Assembly: GCA_002314795.1 (NCBI GenBank)
Contig: DCHI01000078.1
Span: forward strand, 7,898 to 71,897
Direction: 5' to 3'
Origin: Bacteroidales bacterium UBA1756
Lineage (GTDB): Bacteria > Bacteroidota > Bacteroidia > Bacteroidales > WCHB1-69
DNA: 64,000 bases
The translations under genes were made by a program, and so were the position numbers. The notes under the pieces were generated by a model. The model saw only the letters and a list, made by a program, of their open reading frames with translations, did not search any database and had not been told where the DNA came from. Shown here piece by piece: positions 36,973 to 47,127 of the stretch (the first letter of the stretch is position 1; each line of letters begins with the position of its first letter).

Positions 36973-38487
36973 ATGACTAACAGACAAATATTAGAGCAAG
37001 AGCAACTTCAGAAGCAAACCCAGACCATCAACCAGCGGCAAACGATGATTGCCCGCATATTGGATTCTGGAATGGACTTGCAGGAAATCGTGTCCAGAGA
37101 ACTGGACACCAATCCGGCTCTTGAATTGGAGGAGGACGATTTGACCAACTCACAACGGGACATTTCGTTGGATGAGTTAAAAAGTCGCGAAGACCGTGAG
37201 CCGTCTGCCAATGATGACAGCACCGACGATTGGGACTCTGACAATTATGCTCAAATTGTTGAAGGGAAACAGGATGAGGGAACGGAGCGCGGGACTGAAC
37301 TAACTCGCGACGACTGGGAACCCAACCGATACGATACACGGACATCTTCCAACGACAATGACGGCTACGAAAGACAGGACGCCGCCACCAATTCCTTCTA
37401 CGATGACTTGCTTCATCAACTTGACGAATTAGTGATTTCCGAATCGGACAAAGAAATCGCTGCCTATATCATTGGAAACATCGAAAAATCGGGGCACCTG
37501 CACCGAAGTGTGCAGGATTTGTCAGACGACCTGCTCATCACTTACGGCAAGCGAGTCGCCGCCACAGAAATCGAACGGGTACTTTGTGACATCGTGCAAA
37601 CACTTGAGCCGACGGGGGTTGGAGCACGGAACATTGCCGAATGCCTTTCCATTCAGTTACGCACACTTCAAGAGCAACACAAAAACAACTACCTGATTTC
37701 GAAGGCATTAAATATCATAGAAAATCATTTTGAGGCCTTTTCCAATAAACGATTCGAAACCATAGCCCACAAGGAATCGTTATCGTCCGAAGAATTTGAA
37801 ACCGTCAAGAAAATCATACAGCGGCTTACTCCCTATCCTGGTCCAGGCGAAGACACCGAATACATCAATCCTGATTTTCTTATTGAAATCGAAAACGGAC
37901 GGCTCAAACTTACTCTTGCCAAGGAGTACAAACCTAAGTTGCGCGTCAACCGCGAATACGAGGATTTCTACAAAATCTATCGCGATAAAAAAAATACGGA
38001 GGCCGCGAAATCCTATAAAGAGCTGATAAACAAGGCGAACCATTTCATTGACATTTTTCCCGAAATCAGTAAGACACTCTATCAAGTGATGGCGACCATC
38101 CTCGTGTTTCAGGAAGAATTCTTTTTGACAGGCGATCCCAAAAGGCTCAAGCCGATGATTTTAAGAGATATAGCAGAAAAGTTAGACTTGGACGAATCGA
38201 CCATATCTCGCTGCACGTCACACCGGTACGCACAAACGCCGCACGGATTCTACCTTCTCAAAGACCTTTTTTCCGAAGCAACCAATAAGGAGGAGGGTGT
38301 TTCTGCACTCGCAATCAAAGAACATATTCGAGAACTGATTGACAATGAGGACAAAAGGAATCCGCTCACCGATGAAAAAGTGGTTGATTTATTAAAGCAA
38401 CAAGGGTTTCAGATTTCCAGACGAACCGTAGCGAAATACCGCGACCAACTCGGCATTTCCGCAACTTCCGTCCGGAAAAGACTATAA
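36973..38487 (+). CDS. rpoN: RNA polymerase sigma-54 factor
   Basis: 504 aa with a Gln-rich N-terminus, an acidic region and a C-terminal RpoN box ISRRTVAKYRDQLGI. Confidence 0.9.
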   Translation: MTNRQILEQEQLQKQTQTINQRQTMIARILDSGMDLQEIVSRELDTNPALELEEDDLTNSQRDISLDELKSREDREPSANDDSTDDWDSDNYAQIVEGKQDEGTERGTELTRDDWEPNRYDTRTSSNDNDGYERQDAATNSFYDDLLHQLDELVISESDKEIAAYIIGNIEKSGHLHRSVQDLSDDLLITYGKRVAATEIERVLCDIVQTLEPTGVGARNIAECLSIQLRTLQEQHKNNYLISKALNIIENHFEAFSNKRFETIAHKESLSSEEFETVKKIIQRLTPYPGPGEDTEYINPDFLIEIENGRLKLTLAKEYKPKLRVNREYEDFYKIYRDKKNTEAAKSYKELINKANHFIDIFPEISKTLYQVMATILVFQEEFFLTGDPKRLKPMILRDIAEKLDLDESTISRCTSHRYAQTPHGFYLLKDLFSEATNKEEGVSALAIKEHIRELIDNEDKRNPLTDEKVVDLLKQQGFQISRRTVAKYRDQLGISATSVRKRL

Positions 38488-38510
38488 ATAAACCATAGTT
38501 ACATTTTACG

Positions 38511-39254
38511 ATGTTTTCATCTTTAGAATGGTTACAAAGAACTGATTTGCTGATTGGTACGGAAGCGCTCCAACGGTTGCAGAATCTTCATATCTTAGTT
38601 GTTGGCGTGGGGGGCGTAGGGGCCTACTGCGCCGAATGCCTCTGCCGTGCTGGCATTGGAGAAATGACGATCATTGACGCAGATTGTGTGGATGAAACCA
38701 ATCGCAACCGGCAACTGTTAGCACTGACCACCACCGTTGGGAAGCCCAAAGTGGAAGTGATGGGAGAACGATTGTTGCAAATCAACCCCGAACTGAAACT
38801 CCATTGCATTCAAGAATTTCTCCGTGACGAACGGACGATTGAAATTTTGCAACAAACTCATTATGATTATGTTGTAGATGCCATCGATTCCATTTCTCCG
38901 AAAGTATTCTTGATATACCACAGTTTGAAACTGAATTTGAAATTAGTTTCGGCTATGGGTGCCGGAGGCAAGATGGACCCCACGCAGGTCAAAGTCGCAC
39001 CGATTGAAAAAACGTACCAGTGTCGATTGGCGCACACCATACGCAAACGCTTACACAAGATGGAGGTCCGCAATGGTTTCACAGCGGTCTTCTCTCCAGA
39101 ACCCGTCCGCGAAGGTAGCGTTCGGATTGACGCGGATCCGGAAGTCAACAAGTTATCTACCGTCGGGACCATCTCGTATATGCCGGCAGTTTTCGGGTGC
39201 GTCTGTGCCTCTGTCGTCATCAGAGACATCGTGGATAACGAAAAAATAGAGTAG
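38511..39254 (+). CDS. tcdA: tRNA threonylcarbamoyladenosine dehydratase (ThiF/E1-like)
   Basis: It has the nucleotide-binding motif VVGVGGVGAY plus TIIDADCVDETNRNRQ. 247 aa. Confidence 0.8.
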   Translation: MFSSLEWLQRTDLLIGTEALQRLQNLHILVVGVGGVGAYCAECLCRAGIGEMTIIDADCVDETNRNRQLLALTTTVGKPKVEVMGERLLQINPELKLHCIQEFLRDERTIEILQQTHYDYVVDAIDSISPKVFLIYHSLKLNLKLVSAMGAGGKMDPTQVKVAPIEKTYQCRLAHTIRKRLHKMEVRNGFTAVFSPEPVREGSVRIDADPEVNKLSTVGTISYMPAVFGCVCASVVIRDIVDNEKIE

Positions 39255-39316
39255 GATTATTGCTCCGAAAGCGCTAAAAAAAACGAGTTTCGGAGCAGCT
39301 ATTTTAAATATTTTCG

Positions 39317-39324
39317 TACTTTTG
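39317..39324 (+). promoter_or_regulatory. -7 promoter box for the AAA ATPase gene
   Basis: TACTTTTG lies 22 nt before the ATG at 39346. The track start at 39322 is a TTG inside this box. Confidence 0.55.
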
Positions 39325-39345
39325 CAGCCTCAAAATTATTATGAA

Positions 39346-40800
39346 ATGGTTGATAATAAGCATATTATTGGTCGTAGATACGAAAAAGAGTTGCTCAATA
39401 AAGTTCTTCAGAGTGGAAAAGCAGAATTAATAGCCATTTACGGTCGGCGACGGGTAGGGAAAACCTATTTGGTAAAGCAATTTTTTAACAACACCTTTGA
39501 TTTCGCTTTCACTGGAACATTTGAAACTTCCAAAAGCGTACAACTATCTTTATTTCAACAAGAGATAAACCGATATGCACATACCTCCACTTCTGCACAA
39601 AAAAATTGGTTTGACGCATTTGAGCAACTACGGCAATATCTTTCATCCCTAAAAAAGGACCAAATCATTATTTTCATAGATGAACTTCCCTGGATGGACA
39701 CTCCGAAATCCAACTTTCTACAAGCGTTTGCTTACTTTTGGAACACGTGGGCTTCTACCCAACCTTCCATTAAGCTGATAGTCTGCGGATCCGCAACAAC
39801 CTGGATGCTCAGCAACCTCATCGGCGATAAGGGAGGTCTATATGGGCGTGTCACACAATCCATTCATCTTTCACCTTTCAACCTAAAAGAAACTGAAGAT
39901 TTTCTTCTATACAAAAAAATTAATTGGAGCCGTTATCAAATCACGGAAACTTATATGATTTTAGGAGGGATTCCTTTCTATCTCGATATGCTCCGTCAGG
40001 ACCTTCCTTTTAATCAAAATATTGACAATCTTTTCTTTAAAGAAAATGCTCCTTTAAAAACAGAATACGATTTTTTGTTTCGTTCACTTTTTAAAGAATC
40101 AACCATCTATCGCAAAATAGTGGAAACACTATCCACCCGACGAAAAGGACTAACTTTATCGCAAATCAAAGAGGCACTGAAACTTACAGATGGTGGCTAC
40201 TTGACTAAGATTATGGATAATCTGACAAGCTGCGATTTTATCCGAAGATATTCGGCCTTTGGGAAACGGGGAAAAGATACGCTTTACCAGCTAACCGACC
40301 TCTTTTCTCTTTTTCATTTGCAATATGTAGAAAAGAACAATGGACAGGACGAACACTTTTGGAACAATATGCAGGATAACCCGTCCCGATACGCTTGGAG
40401 CGGATATGCCTTTGAACAAGTTTGTCTTCACCATATCCAACAGATAAAGAACGCATTAGGAATTTCTGGCATTTTAAGCAAAGTCTGTTCTTGGACTTGC
40501 GAATCCCAGATCGACAAAGATGGGAATCAATGGAATGGCACACAAATAGACCTTATCATTGAGCGTCGCGACAATGTCATCAATCTTTGCGAAATGAAAT
40601 TTTCTAAAGAAGAATATACCATCAGTAAAGAATACGACCAACATCTCCGTGAACGACAAAGCACGTTCCAACATCTTACCCGAACAAAAAACGCCATCCA
40701 CCTTACGTTTGTCACGACATTCGGACTCAAACAAAACCTCTACTCCGGAAATATCCAACAGGTTGTCACGCTGAATCACCTGTTTTCTGAAAACCTTTAA
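39346..40800 (+). CDS. Orphan AAA ATPase (archaeal-ATPase/DUF234-type) with C-terminal PD-(D/E)XK-like module
   Basis: IIGRRYEKELL...IAIYGRRRVGKTYLV is the Walker A motif and IIFIDELPWM is the Walker B motif. The C-terminus QIDLIIERRDNVINLCEMKFS fits a D...E.K pattern. Confidence 0.75.
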   Translation: MVDNKHIIGRRYEKELLNKVLQSGKAELIAIYGRRRVGKTYLVKQFFNNTFDFAFTGTFETSKSVQLSLFQQEINRYAHTSTSAQKNWFDAFEQLRQYLSSLKKDQIIIFIDELPWMDTPKSNFLQAFAYFWNTWASTQPSIKLIVCGSATTWMLSNLIGDKGGLYGRVTQSIHLSPFNLKETEDFLLYKKINWSRYQITETYMILGGIPFYLDMLRQDLPFNQNIDNLFFKENAPLKTEYDFLFRSLFKESTIYRKIVETLSTRRKGLTLSQIKEALKLTDGGYLTKIMDNLTSCDFIRRYSAFGKRGKDTLYQLTDLFSLFHLQYVEKNNGQDEHFWNNMQDNPSRYAWSGYAFEQVCLHHIQQIKNALGISGILSKVCSWTCESQIDKDGNQWNGTQIDLIIERRDNVINLCEMKFSKEEYTISKEYDQHLRERQSTFQHLTRTKNAIHLTFVTTFGLKQNLYSGNIQQVVTLNHLFSENL

Positions 40801-40860
40801 TTTTCCTCAATTCCCACACTTTCAAACCTTGCACCCTTATAAATCTGACAAACTTTATTG

Positions 40861-40868
40861 TACCTTTG
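40861..40868 (+). promoter_or_regulatory. -7 promoter box for sufE and the ABC-F gene
   Basis: TACCTTTG lies 33 nt upstream of the ATG at 40901. Confidence 0.55.
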
Positions 40869-40900
40869 CACCTCATTTCTGATTAAATATTTTCACCCAA

Positions 40901-41314
40901 ATGAATACGATTTTAGAAGCTGAAAACGAAATCATCGAAGAGTTTGAATTGTTTGATGATTGGATGGATAAATACAACTATATCATTGAGTTAGGAAAAA
41001 GTTTGCCGTTGATTGATGCACAATACAAAGATGAACAGCACCTCATTCCGGGATGTCAGTCACAGGTGTGGCTTCACGCGGATTTTGCAGATGGAAAACT
41101 TATTTTTCGTGCCGACAGCGACGCCATCATCACCAAAGGAATCATCAACCTGCTGATTCGGGTCCTTTCCAATCGTACCCCACAGGAAATTGCTGATGCC
41201 CCGTTAGCATACATTGACCAAATCGGATTGAAAGAGCACCTCTCCCCCACCCGCTCCAACGGACTGATGTCTATGATTCAGCAAATCAAAGGGTACGCAG
41301 AAAAGTACAAGTAA
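40901..41314 (+). CDS. sufE: SufE-family cysteine desulfuration protein
   Basis: 137 aa with the motif IPGCQSQVWL (active-site Cys) and LSPTRSNGL. Confidence 0.85.
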   Translation: MNTILEAENEIIEEFELFDDWMDKYNYIIELGKSLPLIDAQYKDEQHLIPGCQSQVWLHADFADGKLIFRADSDAIITKGIINLLIRVLSNRTPQEIADAPLAYIDQIGLKEHLSPTRSNGLMSMIQQIKGYAEKYK

Positions 41315-41324
41315 CTGAGCCAAA

Positions 41325-43250
41325 ATGATATCAATCAATAAGTTATCCGTTAACTTTACAGGAGATTTCCTTTTCAAGGACGTTTCGTTTGTAGTTGGCG
41401 ACCGCGACCGTATCGGCTTGGTTGGCAAAAACGGAGCCGGAAAATCCACTCTGTTGAAGATTCTGCACAAGTTGCAGGAACCGACCACCGGTGAAATCAC
41501 CATCACTGCAGGACACCGCACGGGCTATCTTCCGCAAGAGCTGCACGGTTGCTACGAAACGACCATCTGGGATGAAACGATGACTGCTTTCGGCGAACTT
41601 AAAAGTTTGGAACGCCGCGTAGAAAGCATTACCCAGGAATTGGCGGACCGCGCCGACTATGAAAGCGAAGGGTATTTCAAATTGACGCAGCAACTTTCCG
41701 ACCTCACCGACCGTTTTCACCAATTGGGCGGAGCCACGATGGAAGGCGACGCCGAAAAAGTTTTGCTCGGACTTGGCTTTCGAAAAAGCGACTTTTCCCG
41801 CCCTATGAAAGAATTTAGCAATGGATGGCAAATGCGCGTCTCCTTGGCTAAAATTCTGTTACAGAAGCCCGAAGTCATCCTTTTGGACGAACCGACCAAC
41901 CACTTGGATATCGAGTCCATTCAATGGTTGGAAGATTATTTGGCGGGCTATGATGGCGCGTTGATTCTTGTTTCGCACGACCGCGCCTTCCTTGATCGTG
42001 TTACCAACCGCACCGTCGAAATTACACTCGGAAATATTCAAGACTACAAATGTAGCTATTCCGAATACGTTGAACAACGTTTGGAACGAATTGAAGCACA
42101 GCAAAATGCTTACGAAAATCAGCAGAAAGAAATTGCTCAGATTGAAAAGTTCATTGAACGTTTCCGCTACAAAGCAACGAAAGCCAAACAGGTGCAAAGC
42201 CGGCTGAAGCTGTTGGACAAGATGGACAAAATCGAAGTCGATGACATCGACAACTCGCACATTTCGTTTCGTTTTCCACCCGCGCCACACTCCGGACGCA
42301 TCACCGTTGAAACCGAACACTTGGCACTCGGTTACGATTCATTGGAAGTTTTGAAAGACATTGATTTTCACTTGGAAAGAGGCGAAAAAGTAGCTTTCGT
42401 CGGACGCAACGGGGAAGGAAAATCCACGATGGTAAAAGCCATTGTCGGCGAGTTGCAGCCACAAAAAGGAGAAATCAAACTCGGACACGAAGTGGTCATT
42501 GGCTACTACGCCCAAAACCAAGCCCAGAAGCTGAACCCCGACAAAACAGTCTTTGAAACCATCGACGATGTTGCGGTCGGAGACATTCGGCCCAAAATAC
42601 GGACCATTCTCGGCAGTTTTCTTTTTTCAACCGAAGATACGGAAAAAAAAGTAAGCGTACTCTCCGGTGGCGAAAAGTCGCGTTTAGCCCTTGCAAAACT
42701 GTTACTTTCTCCTTTCAACCTGCTTATTCTCGACGAACCGACAAACCATCTGGATATGCAATCGAAAGACGTACTGAAAAACGCGCTGCTTCAGTACGAA
42801 GGAAGTATGATTTTGGTTTCTCACGACCGTGATTTTCTTCAAGGATTGAGTACGAAGGTTTTTGAATTTCGAGACCAGAAGATAAAGACTTATCTTGGAG
42901 ACGTTTACGATTTTTTGGAAAAGAAAAAAATCGACTCTTTCCAAGCACTTCAAGCGCCTGTGAAAGGAGCGAATCCAGCGGAACCCGCTCCGAAAGTCAG
43001 TGCCAATAAAGCCAATTACGAACAGAAAAAGGCACAGGATGCGGCCAAACGCAAAAAGGAGAATCAAGCCAGGAAGCTGGAACAAGAAATTGACGAACTC
43101 ACCAAGCAAAAAAACGAAATTGAGATAAAACTCGCTTTGCCAGAACAATATGCCGCTGAAATTGCGTCCGGAGAACTCTATGCCGCCTACGAAAAAGTGC
43201 AAAAAGAGATTGAAGAAAAAGAGTGGCAATGGATGGAATTGCTTTCCTAA
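41325..43250 (+). CDS. ABC-F family ATPase (two ABC domains, C-terminal coiled coil)
   Basis: It has Walker A motifs GKNGAGKST and GRNGEGKST and signatures FSNGWQMRVSLA and LSGGEKSRLALA. It has no TM domain. 641 aa. Confidence 0.9.
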   Translation: MISINKLSVNFTGDFLFKDVSFVVGDRDRIGLVGKNGAGKSTLLKILHKLQEPTTGEITITAGHRTGYLPQELHGCYETTIWDETMTAFGELKSLERRVESITQELADRADYESEGYFKLTQQLSDLTDRFHQLGGATMEGDAEKVLLGLGFRKSDFSRPMKEFSNGWQMRVSLAKILLQKPEVILLDEPTNHLDIESIQWLEDYLAGYDGALILVSHDRAFLDRVTNRTVEITLGNIQDYKCSYSEYVEQRLERIEAQQNAYENQQKEIAQIEKFIERFRYKATKAKQVQSRLKLLDKMDKIEVDDIDNSHISFRFPPAPHSGRITVETEHLALGYDSLEVLKDIDFHLERGEKVAFVGRNGEGKSTMVKAIVGELQPQKGEIKLGHEVVIGYYAQNQAQKLNPDKTVFETIDDVAVGDIRPKIRTILGSFLFSTEDTEKKVSVLSGGEKSRLALAKLLLSPFNLLILDEPTNHLDMQSKDVLKNALLQYEGSMILVSHDRDFLQGLSTKVFEFRDQKIKTYLGDVYDFLEKKKIDSFQALQAPVKGANPAEPAPKVSANKANYEQKKAQDAAKRKKENQARKLEQEIDELTKQKNEIEIKLALPEQYAAEIASGELYAAYEKVQKEIEEKEWQWMELLS

Positions 43251-43261
43251 ATCCGATTTAT

Positions 43262-43975
43262 ATGAATTTACAGAAAACAACTAAAGTCATTGCATTTGAT
43301 GCTGACGACACCTTGTGGGACAACGAACCGTTTTTTCAGAATGTGGAGGCCGAAATGTGCAAGATTATGGCACCATACGGCAGCGCTGAAGAGGTTTCCA
43401 AGCATCTTTTTGCCATTGAAATGGACAATATGCCCGATTACGGATACGGTGCCGTTGCTTTCACTATGTCATTGATAGAGAATGCAATCAAGTTCAGCAA
43501 AGGAGCCATTCCAGCCAACGACATAGGTAGAATCATTGAATTGGGAAGAACGCTCGTCCGATTGAAAGCGACGCCATTGAAAGGCGTTTCTGAAACCTTG
43601 CAAGCATTGAAAAAATCTCAAAAATACAAAATGGTGGTCTTTACCAAAGGGGAACTGCTCACTCAGGAAAACAAGTTGAAACGCTCCGGTCTGCTCCCCT
43701 ATTTTGACGAAACCATCATCGTTTCCGACAAAAAAGAGCCGCAATACAACGATTTATGTACCAAAATGGGCATTGAAAGTTCAGCGTTGGTGATGGTTGG
43801 AAATTCACTTCGTTCCGACATTCTGCCCGCACTCAACATTGGCGCATACGGGATTTTCATTCCGTACGAAGTTATGTGGCAGCACGAAGTCATTGACCAT
43901 TTTGAACACGAGAGAATGATTCAAATTGAAAGATTTGAGGAACTGAAAGGGGTTTTCGGGGTAGAAAGTTTATAA
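43262..43975 (+). CDS. HAD-superfamily hydrolase
   Basis: MNLQKTTKVIAFDADDTLW contains the DxD motif, and VGNSLRSDI follows later. The track start at 43223 overlaps the ABC-F gene. Confidence 0.75.
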   Translation: MNLQKTTKVIAFDADDTLWDNEPFFQNVEAEMCKIMAPYGSAEEVSKHLFAIEMDNMPDYGYGAVAFTMSLIENAIKFSKGAIPANDIGRIIELGRTLVRLKATPLKGVSETLQALKKSQKYKMVVFTKGELLTQENKLKRSGLLPYFDETIIVSDKKEPQYNDLCTKMGIESSALVMVGNSLRSDILPALNIGAYGIFIPYEVMWQHEVIDHFEHERMIQIERFEELKGVFGVESL

Positions 43976-44027
43976 AGTTTGTAAGGTTTATAAAGTTCGT
44001 AAAGTTTATAAGGTTTGTAAAGTGTTG
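43965..44027. repeat. 9-bp-period tandem array AARGTTYRT (7 units)
   Basis: AAAGTTTAT AAAGTTTGT AAGGTTTAT AAAGTTCGT AAAGTTTAT AAGGTTTGT AAAGTGTTG. The HAD stop codon (43973-43975) lies inside the first units. The array sits between convergent genes. Confidence 0.85.
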
Positions 44028-44066
44028 ATTTTTGTTACTCGCACTTTCACCTTACGGACCTTGTTT

Positions 44067-46523
44067 TTACAAATCAACGACGGTGATACCGTAGCCGCCG
44101 AGTTCCAGGGCCTCGTCACGGAAAGCGACTACTTCACGACGGCGGGACAATTGCTGTCGGACAACATTGCGTAAAATACCATTTCCTTTCCCGTGCAGAA
44201 TCTTAACTTGGTGAATACTAAGCAAAACGGCCTCGTCGATATAACTTTCCAACATTCCGATGGCTTCGTCCGCACGCACACCACGAATGTCCAAGGTGCT
44301 TTTGAAAGACGAAATCTTGGCGTTCATCGCTTCGCTCAACGTACCACTATTGACACGAACACCGTGTTTCTTTACATCTTTGGCCTCTTTTTTACTGATT
44401 TTTGTCAATTTTTTGAGTGAAGTTCTGAAAGCAACCGAATTGAAAACGACCGTCACGTCTTGACCATTCAGTTCGGTTACTTCACCAACTGTCTGTATGT
44501 CAACCATAAAGACGGAATCTCCCACGTGGATAGTCGGGTCTTCGGGTGCTTTTTCTTCCTTAGCGACCTTTGGTTTTGCAAATTCCATCGGGACGGCCGG
44601 CTTCGGACCTTCCGTCTTTTCAAACTCGTCAATTTCAGTGCGAAGACGTTCTTTTCCCTTCTGCGCCTTTTCCCGAATCTGCTTCGTCTTTTCCGGAGCT
44701 GCTTTCACCTCGCGAATTTCTCGTATCGTCGATTCAATCAACTTGTTAGCATTATCAATAATGGAAGTCGCTTGATTTTTTGCTTTCTGTAAAATGTCCT
44801 TGCGCCGCGATTCCAACTCACTGAATTTTTCGCCGTAGTCCTGAATCATTTCGGCCAAATGATTGTCTGCCGACGTCACCAATCTCAACTTTTCATCAAT
44901 TTGCAATTTTGCAACCTCAATCTCCTGTAATTTGCGCTCATAGTCAATCTGTGCCGTTCCCGATTTTTGGATGGCACTGTCAATAATTGCCTGCGGGAAT
45001 CCGATTTTCTGTGCAATCTCGTAAGTAAAAGAACTTCCTGGATTGCCGACTTTGAGAATAAAAAGTGGTCGTAACTCATTCGTATCGTACAGCATAGCGC
45101 CATTCACCGATTCCGGATAATGGTCGGGGAACATTTTCAAATTCCCGTAGTGCGTTGTTACCACACCAAAGGCGCGACTTTGATAGAAAGATTCCAAAAC
45201 GGCCTCCGCCATAGCAGCACCCAACGTCGGTTCCGTTCCGGACCCCAACTCATCTATCAGAAAAAGAGAACGTTCATTCAGATTTTCTAACATCACTTTC
45301 AGATTACGCAAGTGTGAGCTGTAGGTACTCAAGTCATTTTCAATGGATTGTTCATCACCCATATCAATGAAGAAATCGGTAAAAACGCTCATTTCCGAAG
45401 CGTCGTCTGCCGGGACAAGCAAACCGCATTGCAACATAAACTGGAGAAGGCCTATCGTTTTAAGGCACACTGACTTACCACCAGCATTCGGGCCAGAAAT
45501 AATCAGAATACGCTGTTGTGGACGGAGTTCCACGTCCAATGGCTGCACCTTGCGTCCCAGGGACTTGTATTTCAGAAAAAGGAGCGGGTGAACGGCTTTG
45601 ACCAAATGCAACGCCGGTGTTTCCGTAAGACGTGGCATACTTGCATTCAAATCAATGGATAACAATGCCTTAGCACGGAGGCAGTCAATTGTTCCTATAA
45701 AAAAATGATAGTGGCGAAGGTTTGGGATGGAGTCACGGATTTCATTGGAAATTGCCGTAAGAATGCGAATGATTTCTCGCTTTTCCGCATTCATCAGGTC
45801 TTTCAGTTCGTTATTGGCGGCAAAAACTTCCGTCGGTTCAATGAAAACTGTTTGGCCGGTTGCCGATTCATCGTGGATAAAACCTTGCAAGCGACGCTTG
45901 AACTGCGCTTGAACGGGAATACAGATTCGTCCGTTTCGAACCGTCATTTCAGCATCTTCCTTGGCAATGCCATCCTGTTTTGCAACCGCCAACAACTTGC
46001 GTATTTTTTTATCTGCCTCATTCGAAATATGGATGATTTCGCTCTTGATACGGCGCAATTCGGGCGAGGCATCGTCACGCAAGCCACCCTTTGGATCAAG
46101 AATGCGGTTGATGGAGGCAAGTAATTGCTTTTCAAGAACGATGTCTTCACAAATGCTCCACAGTTGAGGGTATTTTCCATCTTCGTGACGAGCACGAAAA
46201 TAGACGGAAATGCTGATGACCGCGGAAATCAGATTTCGAAGGGCGGCAAGTTCGTCCAACTCGATAAACGTTCCGTCGATGGCAATACGAGAAAGAGCCG
46301 GAAGAAGGTTGTTGTAGTCCTGAGCCGGGAAAGGGTCGTCAAACAGAAGAACCGATTTAAATTCGTCAACTTTCAACAGTTCGTCGCGCACCTCTTCCAA
46401 CGAGGTTGAGTAATGGATGTTTTGCACCTTTTCGCATCCCATATCACTGATACAATGAGATATAAGGTTTTCACGAAGGACATCAAATCCAATCTTTTCT
46501 TCAAAATTTTCTGGATAAATCAT
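44067..46523 (-). CDS. mutS2: Endonuclease MutS2 (MutS ATPase + Smr domain)
   Basis: It has Walker A GPNAGGKS and a C-terminal Smr domain (LDIRGVRADEA...ILHGKGNGILR). The ATG at 46523 (MIYPENFEEKIGFD) is preferred over 46544. Confidence 0.9.
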   Translation of the reverse strand: MIYPENFEEKIGFDVLRENLISHCISDMGCEKVQNIHYSTSLEEVRDELLKVDEFKSVLLFDDPFPAQDYNNLLPALSRIAIDGTFIELDELAALRNLISAVISISVYFRARHEDGKYPQLWSICEDIVLEKQLLASINRILDPKGGLRDDASPELRRIKSEIIHISNEADKKIRKLLAVAKQDGIAKEDAEMTVRNGRICIPVQAQFKRRLQGFIHDESATGQTVFIEPTEVFAANNELKDLMNAEKREIIRILTAISNEIRDSIPNLRHYHFFIGTIDCLRAKALLSIDLNASMPRLTETPALHLVKAVHPLLFLKYKSLGRKVQPLDVELRPQQRILIISGPNAGGKSVCLKTIGLLQFMLQCGLLVPADDASEMSVFTDFFIDMGDEQSIENDLSTYSSHLRNLKVMLENLNERSLFLIDELGSGTEPTLGAAMAEAVLESFYQSRAFGVVTTHYGNLKMFPDHYPESVNGAMLYDTNELRPLFILKVGNPGSSFTYEIAQKIGFPQAIIDSAIQKSGTAQIDYERKLQEIEVAKLQIDEKLRLVTSADNHLAEMIQDYGEKFSELESRRKDILQKAKNQATSIIDNANKLIESTIREIREVKAAPEKTKQIREKAQKGKERLRTEIDEFEKTEGPKPAVPMEFAKPKVAKEEKAPEDPTIHVGDSVFMVDIQTVGEVTELNGQDVTVVFNSVAFRTSLKKLTKISKKEAKDVKKHGVRVNSGTLSEAMNAKISSFKSTLDIRGVRADEAIGMLESYIDEAVLLSIHQVKILHGKGNGILRNVVRQQLSRRREVVAFRDEALELGGYGITVVDL

Positions 46524-46541
46524 CGGTTGTAAAAAAGAGTG

Positions 46542-46549
46542 CAAAAATA
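46542..46549 (-). promoter_or_regulatory. -7 promoter box for mutS2
   Basis: The reverse strand reads TATTTTTG, 19 nt upstream of the ATG at 46523. Confidence 0.5.
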
Positions 46550-46574
46550 CGGATTTTTACTCGGATAGAATTTG

Positions 46575-46582
46575 TACTTTTG
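46575..46582 (+). promoter_or_regulatory. -7 promoter box for the 172-aa lipoprotein gene
   Basis: TACTTTTG lies 27 nt upstream of the ATG at 46609. Confidence 0.5.
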
Positions 46583-46608
46583 CCGTCTTAAAAAGTAAAT
46601 CCAACATA

Positions 46609-47127
46609 ATGAAACGTTTTCTTATTTTGATGCTTACCGCTGCCCTTATGGTCTCCTGTCATACGCAAAAAGAGGCAGTAGAAACCACAACCTCTGAACC
46701 TCAGAAACCAGCTGTCTCACAAGTTGCTTCTCCTAAGGTTGTCATCTATAAAATGAAAAAAGACTACAGCCAACACGTCCCCGTCACGCTGTCCGCCGAT
46801 AAAAAGAGCATCGTTTCCTATCCCCATCCACGGGACGTATATACGAACGGAAAATTAGCCATCCCAACGCAGTTGGTAAAGGGCTATTGGCTTGATAATC
46901 GTGGAATTAACGAAAACGTTGCTTTTTTGGAATACACCTACGAAGAGTACGCTCAACTCCAAGACGTTCCCTCTATTGATGTTCTTTACAACAAAATCAT
47001 TGACAAAAATCCTCTGAAAGAGATGTGGATTTGCGGACATCGCCACCATTTCAACAATATCGAAGAAGAATTGAACGACGCGATTTCCAACAACGTGCTG
47101 GAAGGAAAATTTCAAAGAGTCAAATAA
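46609..47127 (+). CDS. Hypothetical lipoprotein
   Basis: 172 aa with a signal peptide and lipobox (LMVSC). I recognise no family. Its stop abuts the stop of the convergent receptor gene at 47128. Confidence 0.6.
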   Translation: MKRFLILMLTAALMVSCHTQKEAVETTTSEPQKPAVSQVASPKVVIYKMKKDYSQHVPVTLSADKKSIVSYPHPRDVYTNGKLAIPTQLVKGYWLDNRGINENVAFLEYTYEEYAQLQDVPSIDVLYNKIIDKNPLKEMWICGHRHHFNNIEEELNDAISNNVLEGKFQRVK

